Assembly: GCA_010015805.1 (NCBI GenBank)
Contig: ML978129.1
Location: forward strand, 1,178,001-1,242,000
Origin: Rhizodiscina lignyota
Lineage: Eukaryota
Length of the DNA stretch: 64,000 nt
Reading direction: 5' to 3'
Made by a program: the position numbers and the translations under genes. The notes below the pieces were generated by a model, which saw only the letters and a list, made by a program, of their open reading frames with translations, did no database searches and was not told where the DNA came from. Numbering within the stretch: position 1 is the first letter of the stretch; each line of letters opens with the position of its first letter. Shown one piece after another: positions 13,210 through 25,648 of the stretch.

Positions 13210-14360
13210 TTCTGTGCATGTTTTATTCTATGCTACTCAACGTCCCTCCCTCTTCGTTTTGCAAATAAAGAAGAAAAAATTGAATGAATGAAAAAAAAGA
13301 AGAAAAAATAACGGTGGTGGGATTTGAATCTGGGATCTATGGATTAGCAAGTTGGAGCGGACTGCAGCTCACACGCCATGTAAGAGACCATCTGTAACTG
13401 TGCTTCTAATCAAGATAGAACAAAAAAGAATCGAATCCTTCGCAGCAAAAGGCAAAAACTCTGCACTACCCCCATCTAATCCTTTTTATCGGATATAATG
13501 GAGGAAGGTGCAGTTGAACCAGCATTAACTGGTTTATTTGATGTTTAGTTTTGGTTTCGCCTAGATAAATATATAAGGTGCGCTAACCCCGAAAGAGTAG
13601 TACTATTAACTTGAAGCTCTCAGTTCTCGCTGCCGGTTGCGCCAGAGCAGGTCCTCGAACGCCTTTGATGAGTAAAGTTTAAAATTGAATATATAGTTAA
13701 CACTACAAGCTAGGAATATTATACGTATTCGCCGGACTTCGACTATTTCCACTAAGTCCCTTTTCTCCTAAGAGTGCATATATCGTGCTCATTTGACGAG
13801 CTTGGAACGACGCGACTCGAATTTTAGTTCCTACGCTAGCTGCGTAGACCACCAAAAAGGTAACAATGTCTGAACATCTAATGTTCAGACGTTAAGAGGC
13901 GTATATATACGGCCCTAACATCGAAATATTTCTACGGTAGTAGCTGTCTATAGGGAAGAAAATCTAAAAGACGCATGCATGTATGCAAAACGAATTGTAG
14001 GTGTTCGTAAGTATTGTGGGTTTATACGTTTAAAAGCTGGGTGTCAACATTATTAGGCGATTAAATAAACAAGGAAGGTGGCTATATAATTAACTTCAGG
14101 TTTAGATCTCTCACTAATCGGCCACTGCACAATGGCCGAGGTGGTAATCTAAGTAAGAGTTTTAACCCGAAAAGAACATCTACACGTTAACCGTTTACAG
14201 TGCATTTGACCCCCTGCTAACCCATAGGTCGATATCCGGGCATCCAGAGTTCAAATCCCAGAGGGGATATCTTTTTTTTCCTTCTTTTTTTTTGCTTTTC
14301 TTTATACGAAGAAAGGACGGCAGTGAAATGGTCCATTGTATTAGTAAATAGAGAATAAGC
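13210..14360. mobile_element. AT-rich degenerate element bounded by imperfect inverted repeats containing tRNA-like B-box + poly(T)
   Basis: Left arm on the minus strand: TGCTAATCCATAGATC-CCAGATTCAAATCCCA..(T)n..ACGAAGA..GGACG. Right arm on the plus strand: TGCTAACCCATAGGTC..CCAGAGTTCAAATCCCA..(T)n..ACGAAGA..GGACG. The interior is ORF-free and TpA-rich. Confidence 0.5.
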
Positions 14361-14916
14361 TAGCTATTGCACTGTTAAGTAGTTTTCGAATGCCGATGCA
14401 TCCGAGTTCTGGGACTGAGTTTTAGGCCCTCCGACAAAATTCATGCAATGTTCATCAGTATACAGAGAGCCGATCGGGTATTTGCACTGGAATATTTTAA
14501 GCATTTTGCCAATATTGGTCGAAAAGGCTTTTTCACCAAGCATGAATTTAAGAACAGAATTTAACTCTAATCTTTTGTCTATTAATATTCTGATGATGAC
14601 TCCTTGAGAGCTACCAATTTCGAAGTCTTAAGCGCGGAGGGCATAGGTTGTGCTGATTCATGCCACCTGCTTTGAATGTAGTAACCCTTCATGTTGGCCT
14701 AAGCCGAGTAACAATGACATGGATAAAAAAACCATTGAAATTCATGTATTATTTGTCTATGTAATTCCCGAGGGCATTAATGATGTTGAACGTCAGAATT
14801 TATGTGGGACCAAGGGACAGCTTTGTCCGTGTCGCCCAATGAGGCAACGATAATCGCCCATCAACATCAAAAACGAATGGGCTCTTGATTGCGATCTCAT
14901 TATGCGAGCAGTAAAC

Positions 14917-17115
14917 ATGCCATCTTCCAGCCCGGTCTACCCAAGACCCGATTTCGAGCGCCCACAGCTCAATTGGACGCTTCTCAATGGCCCTTGGGAT
15001 TTTCTCTTCGACGACGAGGATGTGGGACTCGACGAGAACTGGCATCAGGAAGGACTGCCGGATTCAGTCACAGTCCGCGCAACCTCCAAAGGTGATCAAA
15101 CAGTCGATACAATCACCAAAAAGATTGCAGCCCTTCCGGAGAATCTGATAAAAGACAACATTTTCCAGAAGAGCGCGGAGAACAAGACGCACGAGAAACG
15201 TAAAATCACAGTCCCGTTCGTGTTTCAGACACCGGCATCTGGAATTGACGAACATGGAGCGCACGAGGTGATTTGGTACGAGCGGAGCATTCCTAATAAC
15301 GTACTGGAAGAAACAGCGTCGAAGAAGCACAATCTTCTCCGTTTTGGAGCCGTTGATTACGAGGCGACCATCTGGGTCAATGGACTCTATGCAGGAGCCC
15401 ATCGCGGGGGCCACGTACCTTTCGATATCAATATCACGGAAGCGCTACGAATTTCGACAGAAAAGACTGCTCGACTTACCGTTCGCGTTCGCGATTCACC
15501 TTCTGACCTGACCCAGCCGAGAGGGAAGCAGTATTGGGCTCCGCAGCCGGAAAGCATCTTTTATACGCCTTCGAGTGGGATCTGGCAGTCCGTCTGGCTT
15601 GAGACGGTTCCTTCAGCAAGGATTGCAGACAGCAGCCACGGCACAGTTTTGCGATCCAACGATATCGAGAATGGGGAACTACATGCTATCATACCCGTTA
15701 CTGGACGCAAGGCTAGCCAGAAGTATTCTGTTGAGGTTGAGGCTAGTTTTGAGGGAGTGAGTGTCGGAAAAGTTCAGGCACATGTGCCTCAAGAGAGCGA
15801 TCGTGTTAGCTTAGACTTGAGTCTTCGTCTCTCTGCAGAAGCGCTCGACAGGCTCCCGAAGCACTTACTGGAGGCCTCGCCACTGAGTAATAAGCGTTGG
15901 CGAAACGGACTTGCACTTTGGTCGCCTGAGCACCCGCAATTGTATACCCTCAGCTTGAAACTTTACGATGCCTCCGGCTCGCTAATCGATGAAGTGCGAA
16001 CAACAACTGGGATGCGCTCAATTACCTGGCAAGCCAGCGGTGGACACATTCGCTTGAACGGGGAGCCGTACTTTCAAGCTTTAGTTCTCGACCAAGGGTA
16101 TTGGCCGACAACGCTCATGACACCACCTACGGCCGACAGCCTTAAAGCAGACATCGAGATGTCGAAGAAGATGGGTTTCAATGGATGCCGCAAGCACCAG
16201 AAGGTCGAAGATCCGATATTCCTCTACTGGGCAGACCGTCTGGGTTACCTCGTCTGGGGAGAGATAGCCAATGCCTACCAATTCGACAAACAGTACGTTG
16301 AGCGATTCGATCAAGAATGGATCGAAGCAATGAAGAGAGACATCAATCATCCCAGCATTGTCGCCTGGACTCCTGTGAATGAGAGCTGGGGTTACCCTAG
16401 CCTGAAGGACAACATTGAACAGCGTAATCACATCCGATCGCTGTATTACATGACAAAGTTTGTTACTATATGCCATACTGAGAACGCAAGCGCAGAAGAT
16501 TGACGAGACTAACAAATTGGCAGGACTCTTGACCCGACCAGACCCATTAACGATAACTGCGGCTGGGAACACGTCTGCACGGACCTGACGACCTATCACG
16601 ACTATAGCGACGCTACGGAGCTGACCAAGACATCTGCTACAATGAAAGGGATTCTGGACCAGAAAGCAGGCCGCGACATGTTCGTCGCTGAGCTCTACGA
16701 TGGCATTCCCGATGCCGGCGCATCCCACAAATTCGGGGCTCCAGTGCTGTGCACGGAGTTCGGAGGCGTGAGCGTAGCGCCTGCAAAGGACGATGCGAAC
16801 GCGGGAGAGAGGGATTGGGGTTATACAACGGCTGAAGATCCACAAGACTTGTTGAAACGAATCGAGAACTTGGTAATGGGAGTCGTCAGAGGCGGTCATT
16901 GCTGTGGTTTCGTATACACGCAACTGTGAGTGGCCCCGATGAGTACCAACAGGGCGCACAGAGTAACTGAAACTGATAACGCGAGCAACAGAACGGACAT
17001 TGAGCAAGAGGTCAATGGATTGTACTCGTACGATCGGAGGGAGAAGCTCGACTCGGCAAAAGTTAAGGCGATTATGGATGGGGCGCAGAAGGTTTACTAT
17101 GAGCAACTTGGATGA
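14917..17115 (+). CDS. Glycoside hydrolase family 2 (beta-galactosidase/glucuronidase-like), 3 exons
   Basis: YPRPDFER, LRFGAVDY, QPRGKQ, LDQGYWP, GFNGCRKHQKVE, NHPSIVAWTPVNESWG (acid/base), CTEFGG (nucleophile), YTQL|TDIEQEVNGL. Introns at ~16459-16523 and ~16927-16991. Confidence 0.93.
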
Positions 17116-17235
17116 GGATCTGAAACATGCCAGGTAGAATTTATAGAGGTAATGTGATGCAATGATAGAACCCGATCTCCAAGTCATCAACTTCATACCA
17201 CCGTACTCAATGACCGAAACCCTCAATATCCATGT

Positions 17236-20200
17236 TCACATGCCCATTTTGCTTTTGACCGCTGCGACGCACTGAATTAGCTTCCTTGTTACTTCAAGCG
17301 TGAAATTAGGCAAGTTGACTTACCGCCCATGACCATATTCCTCTTCTGCTGAGCAACATATTTGCTCACGTCGCTGGACCATCCAGCAGCGTTATCCTGC
17401 AGGCGCTCTACGTTATCACCCATGGTACCGAGCTTTTCTGTCCTCTCATTGATCTGCCTTGTCATGTACTCCCAGTACGACTCCTGGCTCTTGCCGGGAG
17501 CCGCTGAAGACGAGGAAGAAGTATGAGATCGGCCTGCTTTACGAGCAGCTTGCTCATCGGTACGAGCCTGCATGATCATGCGTTTCGAAGGCGGCCGGTC
17601 CGGACCACCGATGAGCATATCCATATCCGAGGGCGTGACGTACTGCGTGCCAGAGATCCACTGTATGTTGGAGATTGTCGGCCGCGGTGGAATGACCAGC
17701 TCGGGGTTGAAGAGTATGTCCTTCGAGCGATTGAGATTGAGCCCACTTCCCCAGACGTTGCATAGTGCTACCTCGCTCGGACCTGTCCAGCCAATGACAT
17801 CTCCCGTGCCGGTCACTACGGCATCACCCAACCGTCTAACGTCAAGTATCTTGTCAATCCTTGCGTTCGCAATCTCCCTAAGCGCAGGAATGCTGTATGC
17901 TCTGGCGCTGCCATCTCCGAATAGACCTACAAGCGCGCTTCCGGTTGCGCCTGTGACTGATACGTCGTCCACCCGGGTTACTGTGGCACTATGGCAGAAG
18001 AAGTTGTCGAAGGATTTGTGCGCGCCTTTGTGAGATGCCGGCTTGAAAATACGCGCCCCAGTCTCAGTGACTGCGAGTACAACTCCGTTTACACGTGCTC
18101 CATTTCGCAAGCCCGCAACTGCTGCTTGTGTTGCGTACGCTGTTCGACCGCTCGCAGCGTCTATGGGCACGATCTTGATGACACGGCTGTCGTCGACAGA
18201 AATGGAGCCAGCAAACTGCACCGAGTAGCGTCCACTCTGCTCTGGTAGCAACTTGAAGGTGGCGAGTGTGCCGGCACTTGTTCCAACATGTAACAGGATA
18301 CTGGAGTAAGAATCCTCGTCCGTGGTCATGACACTGAACTCCAACGCTGTCGGCCACTCTCGCTTTGTGGGAGACTGGATACTTGAACGTCGCAATGAAC
18401 CTCGCTTATCAGCCTTCTTTGATTCAGATATGGACGAGTGGAAGATGATCGCCGGTCCACGTAGGTCAATAACAGCTAAGCTGCCACTTTCAAAGCCTGC
18501 AGCGACGAAACCGACATCGGACAATTTGGCGGCAGATACGGGTCCACCTTGTTCATCTAGGAGTGTGAATGGGAATAGGCCTTCTGCTAGCGCTGGGTCG
18601 CGCCTATCAGTTAGATTGGTAAGGCCTCGGGGGACGTTTTCAGAAGGTGCTGGCGGCTCTCGACCGGTATTCTTGTTGTGACCCCAGCGGAAGACCACCA
18701 ATTCACCACTGCGCAAGCCCGCTGCCAATTCACCCGTAGCACCAGCAAGGGACAAGGTAGTAACTTCAAGATTGTCGTGGCGACCGACCGCCCGTGAGAG
18801 ATCAGCCTGTAGTACTGCATCGTTCTCTATTTCATCGCCATGGCCAGCATCCCACAACCTGATGGTGCCGTCGGCATGTGCTGTCTGTACGATATTTCGT
18901 TCTTCGAACCGTTTCAAAGGATACTGTGCAGGTGTCCCTCCTTTCAAAATCTGCGGCCCATGAGACCTCGTCTCGGTCATACCAAGCCATCTTGTTCTCT
19001 CAACGGGAGCCATGGTGATACGATTGATGAACGGATGAACAAAAGTCATAGAGACCGAGAGTTGATTTGTTGGCGAAATGGGCAGTCCGCTAGGAAATGT
19101 AAGAGTGATGAGTTCGCCGGAAGAGAGGACAGCGACGACAGCGACAGGATCATGAGCACCGTGGAAGTGTGGAGACGAGCGGGGAATAAGACAGAAGTCC
19201 AATACTTCTGCATTCGGTGGCGTGGGAAGCATTCGTTGCCTTTTAGGAGATTCAAAGTGCTGTGCAAGTATCTGCCACGATGAGGTCGAGTAATTTGGCG
19301 TCCTACCAAGCTCAAATAATGTGAGTCCATTTGCCGGCACAGCGGACGACGTGCCACCTGATATTAAGATTGCCGTGTCGTCCGGGTCTTGATTAGCACA
19401 CCATACAATCTTCTGCAAGGGTTCTCTCGATGTGAAACTGCCATGAGTAGATATTGGGGATAGTGGAGACATTGGGATCGAACGAGAAGGTTTGTCGATG
19501 TTCGTGTCAGTGAGTGTTCTCGCCATGACGACGCGACCATCAAAGGGATCCCAGAAAACAAGGCTGCCGTCGTCATGACCTGTCAGAATAAATGTCCCAG
19601 TTGGGTGCCAGACTGCATGCGTCAACGAAGGGCTTCGCGCCATGTTAATGACTGCTGGATCTGAATCGCCGCCAGGTGCCCCTTTGGGTAGTTGATAATG
19701 GAAGAACTTCATCGGCTTGTTTTGCTTGAATGAATAGATGACTGCGCCATCGTGATAGCCGATGAGCAGCGTGCCGATGTCTCTTGGATGAAAGGAGAGC
19801 GCCACTATTGGTAAGATCCGCGCTCTTGGATCCTGTTCCTTCCAGAAGTTGGGTATCTTGAAAGGTGCAAGTCCTTCTCGGTCGAGGTCGTAGGCCATAA
19901 TCTCGCCTGGATCATTGAGTAAGAACTTCTAGAAATGTGTGAGGTAATGCACAGCTTACCATTCTGCATTCCAAGTAATGCATAATCCAGGGTGGGATCG
20001 CTATGCAGCGAAGTCACAGTGCCAGGAGGAGAAAATGAGTTGATGATGCGTTTCGTCTCCAGAGAGAAAACGGTGAAGTCATTTTTGGAATCAAGGCACA
20101 AGATTTTGTCCGCGCAAAACTGCAATGTCTTGACTGAGGCTTTGTGAGCTAACGACAAAACGGCGTTGACGCGTTTTTGGCCGAAGACGTAAATTTGGCC

Positions 20201-20442
20201 ACGGCCAAACTGCGTATCATTCGTTCCTAGGGCGATGAGTGACTGAACCGGGTCGTATGCTATTTGTGAAATCTGTGAGTTGATTCCAAAACGATTTATC
20301 TAGCCACGTGGTCAGACACAACTCATATTTGGGTTGGGCTTCGCATAATACGTACGTCGTCAATGTTGAAAGCATCCGGCGTCAGGCCGGCTGACAGGTC
20401 GTTCTGTACTCCAGCTTGCTTGCCTCGAAGAAGGTGAGCCAT
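17236..20442 (-). CDS. SRO7: Lethal giant larvae/tomosyn family SNARE-dependent exocytosis protein (Sro7/Sro77)
   Basis: MAHLLRGKQAGVQNDLSAG, AYDPVQSLIALGT, HPRDIGTLLIGY, WHPTGTFILTGHDDG, SDVGFVAAG, IDLRGPAII, and a C-terminal R-SNARE-like segment INERTEKLGTMGDNVERLQDNAAGW. The last exon reads AVKSKMGM*. Confidence 0.93.
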
Positions 20443-20601
20443 GGTTGCGGTTTTGCTTCTCCTTCTTCTCCAAGGTCTTATACATCCCACTTCATCCTAG
20501 ATTGTGTTCGAGTTCCACTGATGATCGGAGAACTGCAACGCCAATGCAGGGACTCGGACACTGCCCGGAGTGGTCGCGTCGGGCGGTTCTTGGGACACGA
20601 C

Positions 20602-20641
20602 TGACGTCATCGCTCTAAGCAAGCGCGCGCTTGCGCTTAGA
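20602..20641. promoter_or_regulatory. CRE/ATF site (TGACGTCA) next to a GC palindrome in the SRO7 promoter
   Basis: TGACGTCA at 20602-20609; perfect palindrome CAAGCGCGCGCTTG at 20620-20633, extended outward by TCTAAG...CTTAGA. Confidence 0.4.
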
Positions 20642-20748
20642 TCGTCTCTACACACAGAAATCTACTGCCTTGGGCAGAATCATGTTAACGAGGTCCATGA
20701 GAAACTCTTATAATTAATTTATCACTAAAACTGTATCAAATGTCCTGC

Positions 20749-23321
20749 TCAAACCAATGTGATTTTGTATGCCTTCCCCTTTGTCGTATTCAACTTCAAA
20801 AACGTAGCCTTGCCGGATCCACTTACGCTCACTTGCGGGCCTCCAGAGTGGCCAATCGTAGTGTTCCCAACAGTAACGTAAACTGGACCACCAAGCATGG
20901 ATATCACATTCGCTGACTTCAACGTACCCTTTCCATCCCAGTAAATATCGACTTCGAAGCCACCTCGTGCTCTGAGGCCCGTGACATATCCATCGCCAGC
21001 AGTCACCCATTGTGACGGTAGAGCCGGAAGAAGGCGAATCAGCGGGACTTTGTCGAGATTTCCTGTAAGTACTGGAACAAGGTTGTTGCTCTTGCTGTTG
21101 GAGGCGATATTTTCATGGCTGTGCAACAGGACTTCGGCAATCGCTGCAGTGCCGCCAAAATTACCGTCAATCTGGAAAGCAGCAGGCGGGCCGCTATCAA
21201 GCAACGAGTTGCCATACGTCAAATTGCCAATCAGTCGTGTAAGAAGGAGGTTGGCGTAGCTTGGCTCGAAGAGACGCGAAGATAGAGATGTGCCCCATGC
21301 TGCCGACCAACCAGTATCTCCGCCACCATTGCTGTTCAGCCAGGCTCAGTTTCGTATCCTTCATATTGCGGAACATGACTTACGTTATACGTCGAATAAG
21401 AGTTCCTCTGGCGGCATCGAACGTCGTGGAGTTGGTACTGGTGATTTGTGATCCTGGATATACTCCCCAAAGCGGCGACCAATGGCGGTGGCCTGGATCT
21501 TGCTGTAATGCGCGTTAGCCAACGGATTAAGCATTGATGATCAGCCAAGGTCTGACTTACCTCTTTGTAATCCTCAATCCACTCCATGATACCGCCCCAT
21601 GAATTAACTCGCAAAGGTGGCAGTTGAGTGCGCAGCTTGGTGATCTCTGAGATGAAGCTTGAGTCCGAGGCTCCGATAATGTGCTCAATCTCGTTCAGTG
21701 AGCCGAAAAGTTCCCACAGCAAGGAGTTGTCGATCGTTGACCCGGCCGTAATGGCTGCAGTTGTGACATTGTCTGGTAGGTAGTATTCATTCTCGGGGGA
21801 TATCGTGGGATTGGTAACCTTCCAACCGTTGTAGTCCGTCAGGAACCCGACGTAGAACTCTGCGGCATTCTTGATGGTCGAATAGTATTTCTTCAAGAAT
21901 GAAACGTCTCCAGTGAACCGATAGTACTCAATCATATGCGACATGAACCACGGGCCGGCACTGGGCCACCATGTTGAAGAAATGTAGTTGTCTTGCGGAG
22001 CAGTGTCGCCCCATGCATCGGTATTGTGGTGGCAAACCCACCCACTACTGCCATACATCTTCTTGGCGGTGTTTGCGCCATCGGCAGCTACTTTCTCGAA
22101 CAGATCCCATAGAGGTGATGTCAGGTCAGCCATATTCGTGATCAAGCTTGGCCAGTAGTTCATCTCCAAGTTTATGTTGACCGTATATTTGGAACCCCAT
22201 TCTGGGTCAAGATCCTCGTTCCATATGCCTTGGAGATTGGGCGGGAGTGTACCGACTCTGGAAGTCGAGATAAAGAGATAGCGTCCAAATTGAAAGTAAA
22301 GTGCCGTGAGACCTGGGTCAAAAAATCCCTTCGCGACTTCAGCAAGCCGTTCTGCTGTTGTCATCTGTGTCTGTGTGGAGCTTGCGTTGCCGAAGCTTAG
22401 AGTCACCCTGCCGGCATACTTTTGATAATCCGCACCGTGTGCTGCGCGAATGCTAGAATAGCTTTGCTTGATTCCAGCTAGATCCGTAAGCACAGCGGAT
22501 TGCGGATTGGACTTGCGGTACGAAGTCCAAGACGTAAAGTAAATCCACGCCTCGTTCGCATTGTCGCAGAGAATGGTATCACCAATTGTGTATACTTTTC
22601 CTCCAGATGCGACAACTCTAGCTCCAGACGCGAAGCTGATGCCTGTCACGCCCTCACTTTCACCTCCAATGATGACTGTGTCACTGCCAACTTTCTTGCT
22701 GTAATCTTCCCACCTATTGAGGGACTGGCCCTTTCGCAAATGCACGCGGAATGACACTTTGCCTGTCTGGTTTGCAGCAATTCTTACTGCAATAACGTCT
22801 CCTGGGTTGCTTGCAAGGTACTCGCGGAAGTAAGCTGTCCCATCGTTGACATAGTACACCCCAGCTGTCGCATCGTTGACATCGAGGTAGCGCTCGTAAT
22901 TTGAAGCGTCGGCGCTATGGTTCATGTACAACTCAAGATCGCCGAGAGGCTCATAATGCCGGGCGGAAACAGGTGTCGCGGCGTAGGAGTAACCGGCGAG
23001 CGTTCCTGCCTCTGGCGTACGTCCCTGTTTGATGAGAGACTGCAGTTCCGGCATATACGGAAGCGCATCCGGATTGACTCTACTAAGTTTACCGCCGGAC
23101 CAGAAGGAGTCTTCATTCACAGCAAAGACATCCGAGGCAGCACCTCCTCCAATAGCAGCTCCGAGGCGGCCATTTCCGATCAAATGAGAGTCGTTCCAAA
23201 ATACAGCTGCCGAATTGGACCAAATTCGGGATGGGATGGACGCAGAATTAGGAGCTTCCACTGATTGAGAAACTACCAGAGAAACAAGCGAGAGAAAGAG
23301 GAGTGCGGCTAGGTCTAACAT
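20749..23321 (-). CDS. Secreted glycoside hydrolase family 95 (alpha-L-fucosidase), 3 exons
   Basis: Signal peptide; [85 protein letters not shown] and GLRARGGF. Confidence 0.95.
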
Positions 23322-25290
23322 CGTAGCAGGACAAAGAATTTGGACTCAAGGTATTCTGTAGAGCCAAAGAAGCTTGCACTCTTGGACTATGAATACCCCA
23401 AAGACGCAAAGCAGTAACAGAGCAAGTTTCTGGCGTTTGAGAACTGCAGCTCCAGAGACCTACTTAACTCGCAAAGAAAGGCAACAGATTGCTGCATACG
23501 ATATTAATACCATGTGAACTATTGATTAGCTTAAGGTAGGTAAAAGGTACCAGTTTGTAACGTTGGCATGCACTTCTCCTCCCGTATTTTGGAGAAACAG
23601 CAGGCAAAAATATGCGGGACACTACTCCGATTGCATCCTCGACGAGGATCTCATGGCCATCCATAGGTAGAGTCTTCTCTCGAAATGTCGATCTTTCCAT
23701 ATTCTCGGCTAATATAAATCATGGAGCGCCTCAGCGTTGCACTGCGTAAATGTGAACATAGATGATCAGACCAGTTTTGTGTACGAAGTTCCCCCGCATC
23801 TTGGTGATTCCAACAGTGCGTGTCTGCGCAAGAATGAGGCGATTGGTGCAATATCTCATGTATAGTGTGTACCTGCGCACTGGGAGTGCGGATCAGTTCT
23901 GCGGGGGTGAATTAGCCAGGGGGACATTTCCCATGAGTAGAGCAAAGTCTCCTGCTGTACACATGTACAAGCACCCAAAGTTGCCTTCGTACTATAGACT
24001 GGTTGGAACTGTTCTTGTGTATGGATTCAGCAGATTGTATACTCTCGGTGAGCAGTATTCGGATGTAGACGTGGTTTTCGAGTTCGTCCGCGCTGTCAAT
24101 ATGGGGCTTGAAAGGAAGGGTGAGGGTAAGCAGTTCCATTGTCAGCTCTCGAATGAATATATAGTATATAGAAATAGATCTAGGACTTTGCGAGAAGGCC
24201 ACTTGAAGATTGGTGTATGTACTCCGTATTTATTGCAAGTCCCTTCACCTTGAAGAGACATAATGAGGCCATCTCAAGATGGTTAGCGCCAATATCCCTG
24301 TCGGACTTGGCTTGGCAAGCTTCGGCTCGCACACACAGAATTCAACATCGCGAACTTCGTGAAAAGCACAAATTCCCATCGATCAACCTCACGCCTTCGT
24401 CGCAATGGCCAGTAAGTCTTCGTGCACATTTTCGGAATCTCTAAGAAGCTCATGAATTGCCACAGAGTCAAAGAACTCGTCCCAGCACAATCAGGCGAAG
24501 AAGGCCCACAAGAACGGGTGAGCCTCCCTTCTCTCTGAATCCACACGCTCTTCGACCTATTCTGGATATTGTTCGAAAACGTCGAGAATTGCTACTGATT
24601 TCGAAATCCCGCATTTAGTATCAAGAAGCCAAAGACCCATCGTTATCCTTCCCTCAAGGGCACCGACCCCAAGTTTCGAAGAAACCATAGACATGCGCTC
24701 CACGGTACGATGAAAGCATTGGTACGTCGAATTTATCACCAAGCGACAAGTAGTACAACAGGCATGCGCTGACCGTTGGAACAGAAGGAGGTAAAGGAGG
24801 GTGTGAGGGAGTCTGCGTGAGCTGGCCGAGTACGACTCATTTTCTGAAGGGCGTCTTCTCCATGGCATTTGCGGCATTACCCTGAGCATTGGGTGGATAG
24901 GGATGGGTCGATCGAATTAACGAATCAAGAAGTGCCATAAATGAGTGTGGCTACACAGTAATGTCCTTCGACTTTGTGATCCTCTCGTGTACTTGCGTAC
25001 CGCATCTTATCTCCACGAACAGACGGCATATGTGTGTACAGCGCTACGACAGTTCCATGTCTAGTTGCTGAAGGATAATCTTTACGTGCCAAGAAAGAAG
25101 TTCCCTTTCATTACCAAACATTTCTCCCTGAACAAGTCGGGAGCAGTGCATGAAGAATGGGCAACATCATAACTGATTGCCTAACCATGGCTTTATTCTA
25201 TCTTGTAGAATGCGGTTTCTTAGGACGATTCCAAAATGAATTATTATTTTTAAGAGCTATGAGGTGTATAACCCGAAATTGAGAGAGAAT

Positions 25291-25567
25291 CATAGATGCT
25301 GTGAGGTCCGGCTTGAGAGGAAGGAATTGTCGTGTGAATTGACCGAAGAAGTGTTACCACCCTGGACGATGTAACTCACGACTGTTCAGCACCTTCCTTC
25401 GTGACGTGGACCGCTTCAGTTCAAACACCAATTTCGCATAGACGCTGTGAGGTCTGGCTCCGACTCGTCATGTGAATTGGCCGACGAAGTGTTATCACCT
25501 GGACGACGTAACTCATTGGTGCACCTTCCCTCGCACCACGGACCTCCAATCCTAACACCAGCTTCCC
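25291..25567 (+). repeat. Diverged direct tandem duplication (146-bp copy plus ~130-bp copy)
   Basis: Copy 1 starts at 25291 (CATAGATGCTGTGAGGTCCGGCT..GTCGTGTGAATTGACCGAAGAAGTGTTACCACCCTGGACGATGTAACTCA). Copy 2 starts at 25437 (CATAGACGCTGTGAGGTCTGGCT..GTCATGTGAATTGGCCGACGAAGTGTTATCACCTGGACGACGTAACTCA). Confidence 0.85.
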
Positions 25568-25648
25568 ACAAAAAGAAGAAATCCCTTACCATTCATCTAG
25601 ACTTATGTCTTTCGAGTCCTCAAATACTAAGTTCCTTCTGTCGCGACA

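Noticed and set aside
13300..13400. Functional tRNA gene on the minus strand
   Set aside because: A B-box-like motif and T-tract are present, but acceptor, D and T stems cannot be paired.
14125..14270. Functional intron-containing tRNA gene on the plus strand
   Set aside because: A- and B-box-like motifs are present, but the T-stem has mismatches and no acceptor stem is evident.
16081..17226. 381-aa antisense ORF
   Set aside because: Shadow of the GH2 coding strand with no motif. The same reasoning applies to other antisense ORFs over DUR3, SRO7, CP2, KH and STE11.
8796..23321. Carbohydrate-utilisation cluster (sugar porter, GH2, GH95)
   Set aside because: The genes are interrupted by unrelated EEP and SRO7 loci and their substrates are not obviously linked.
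23464..24889. Several 70-160 aa ORFs upstream of GH95
   Set aside because: No recognisable motif or coherent splice model; at most an unidentifiable relic.
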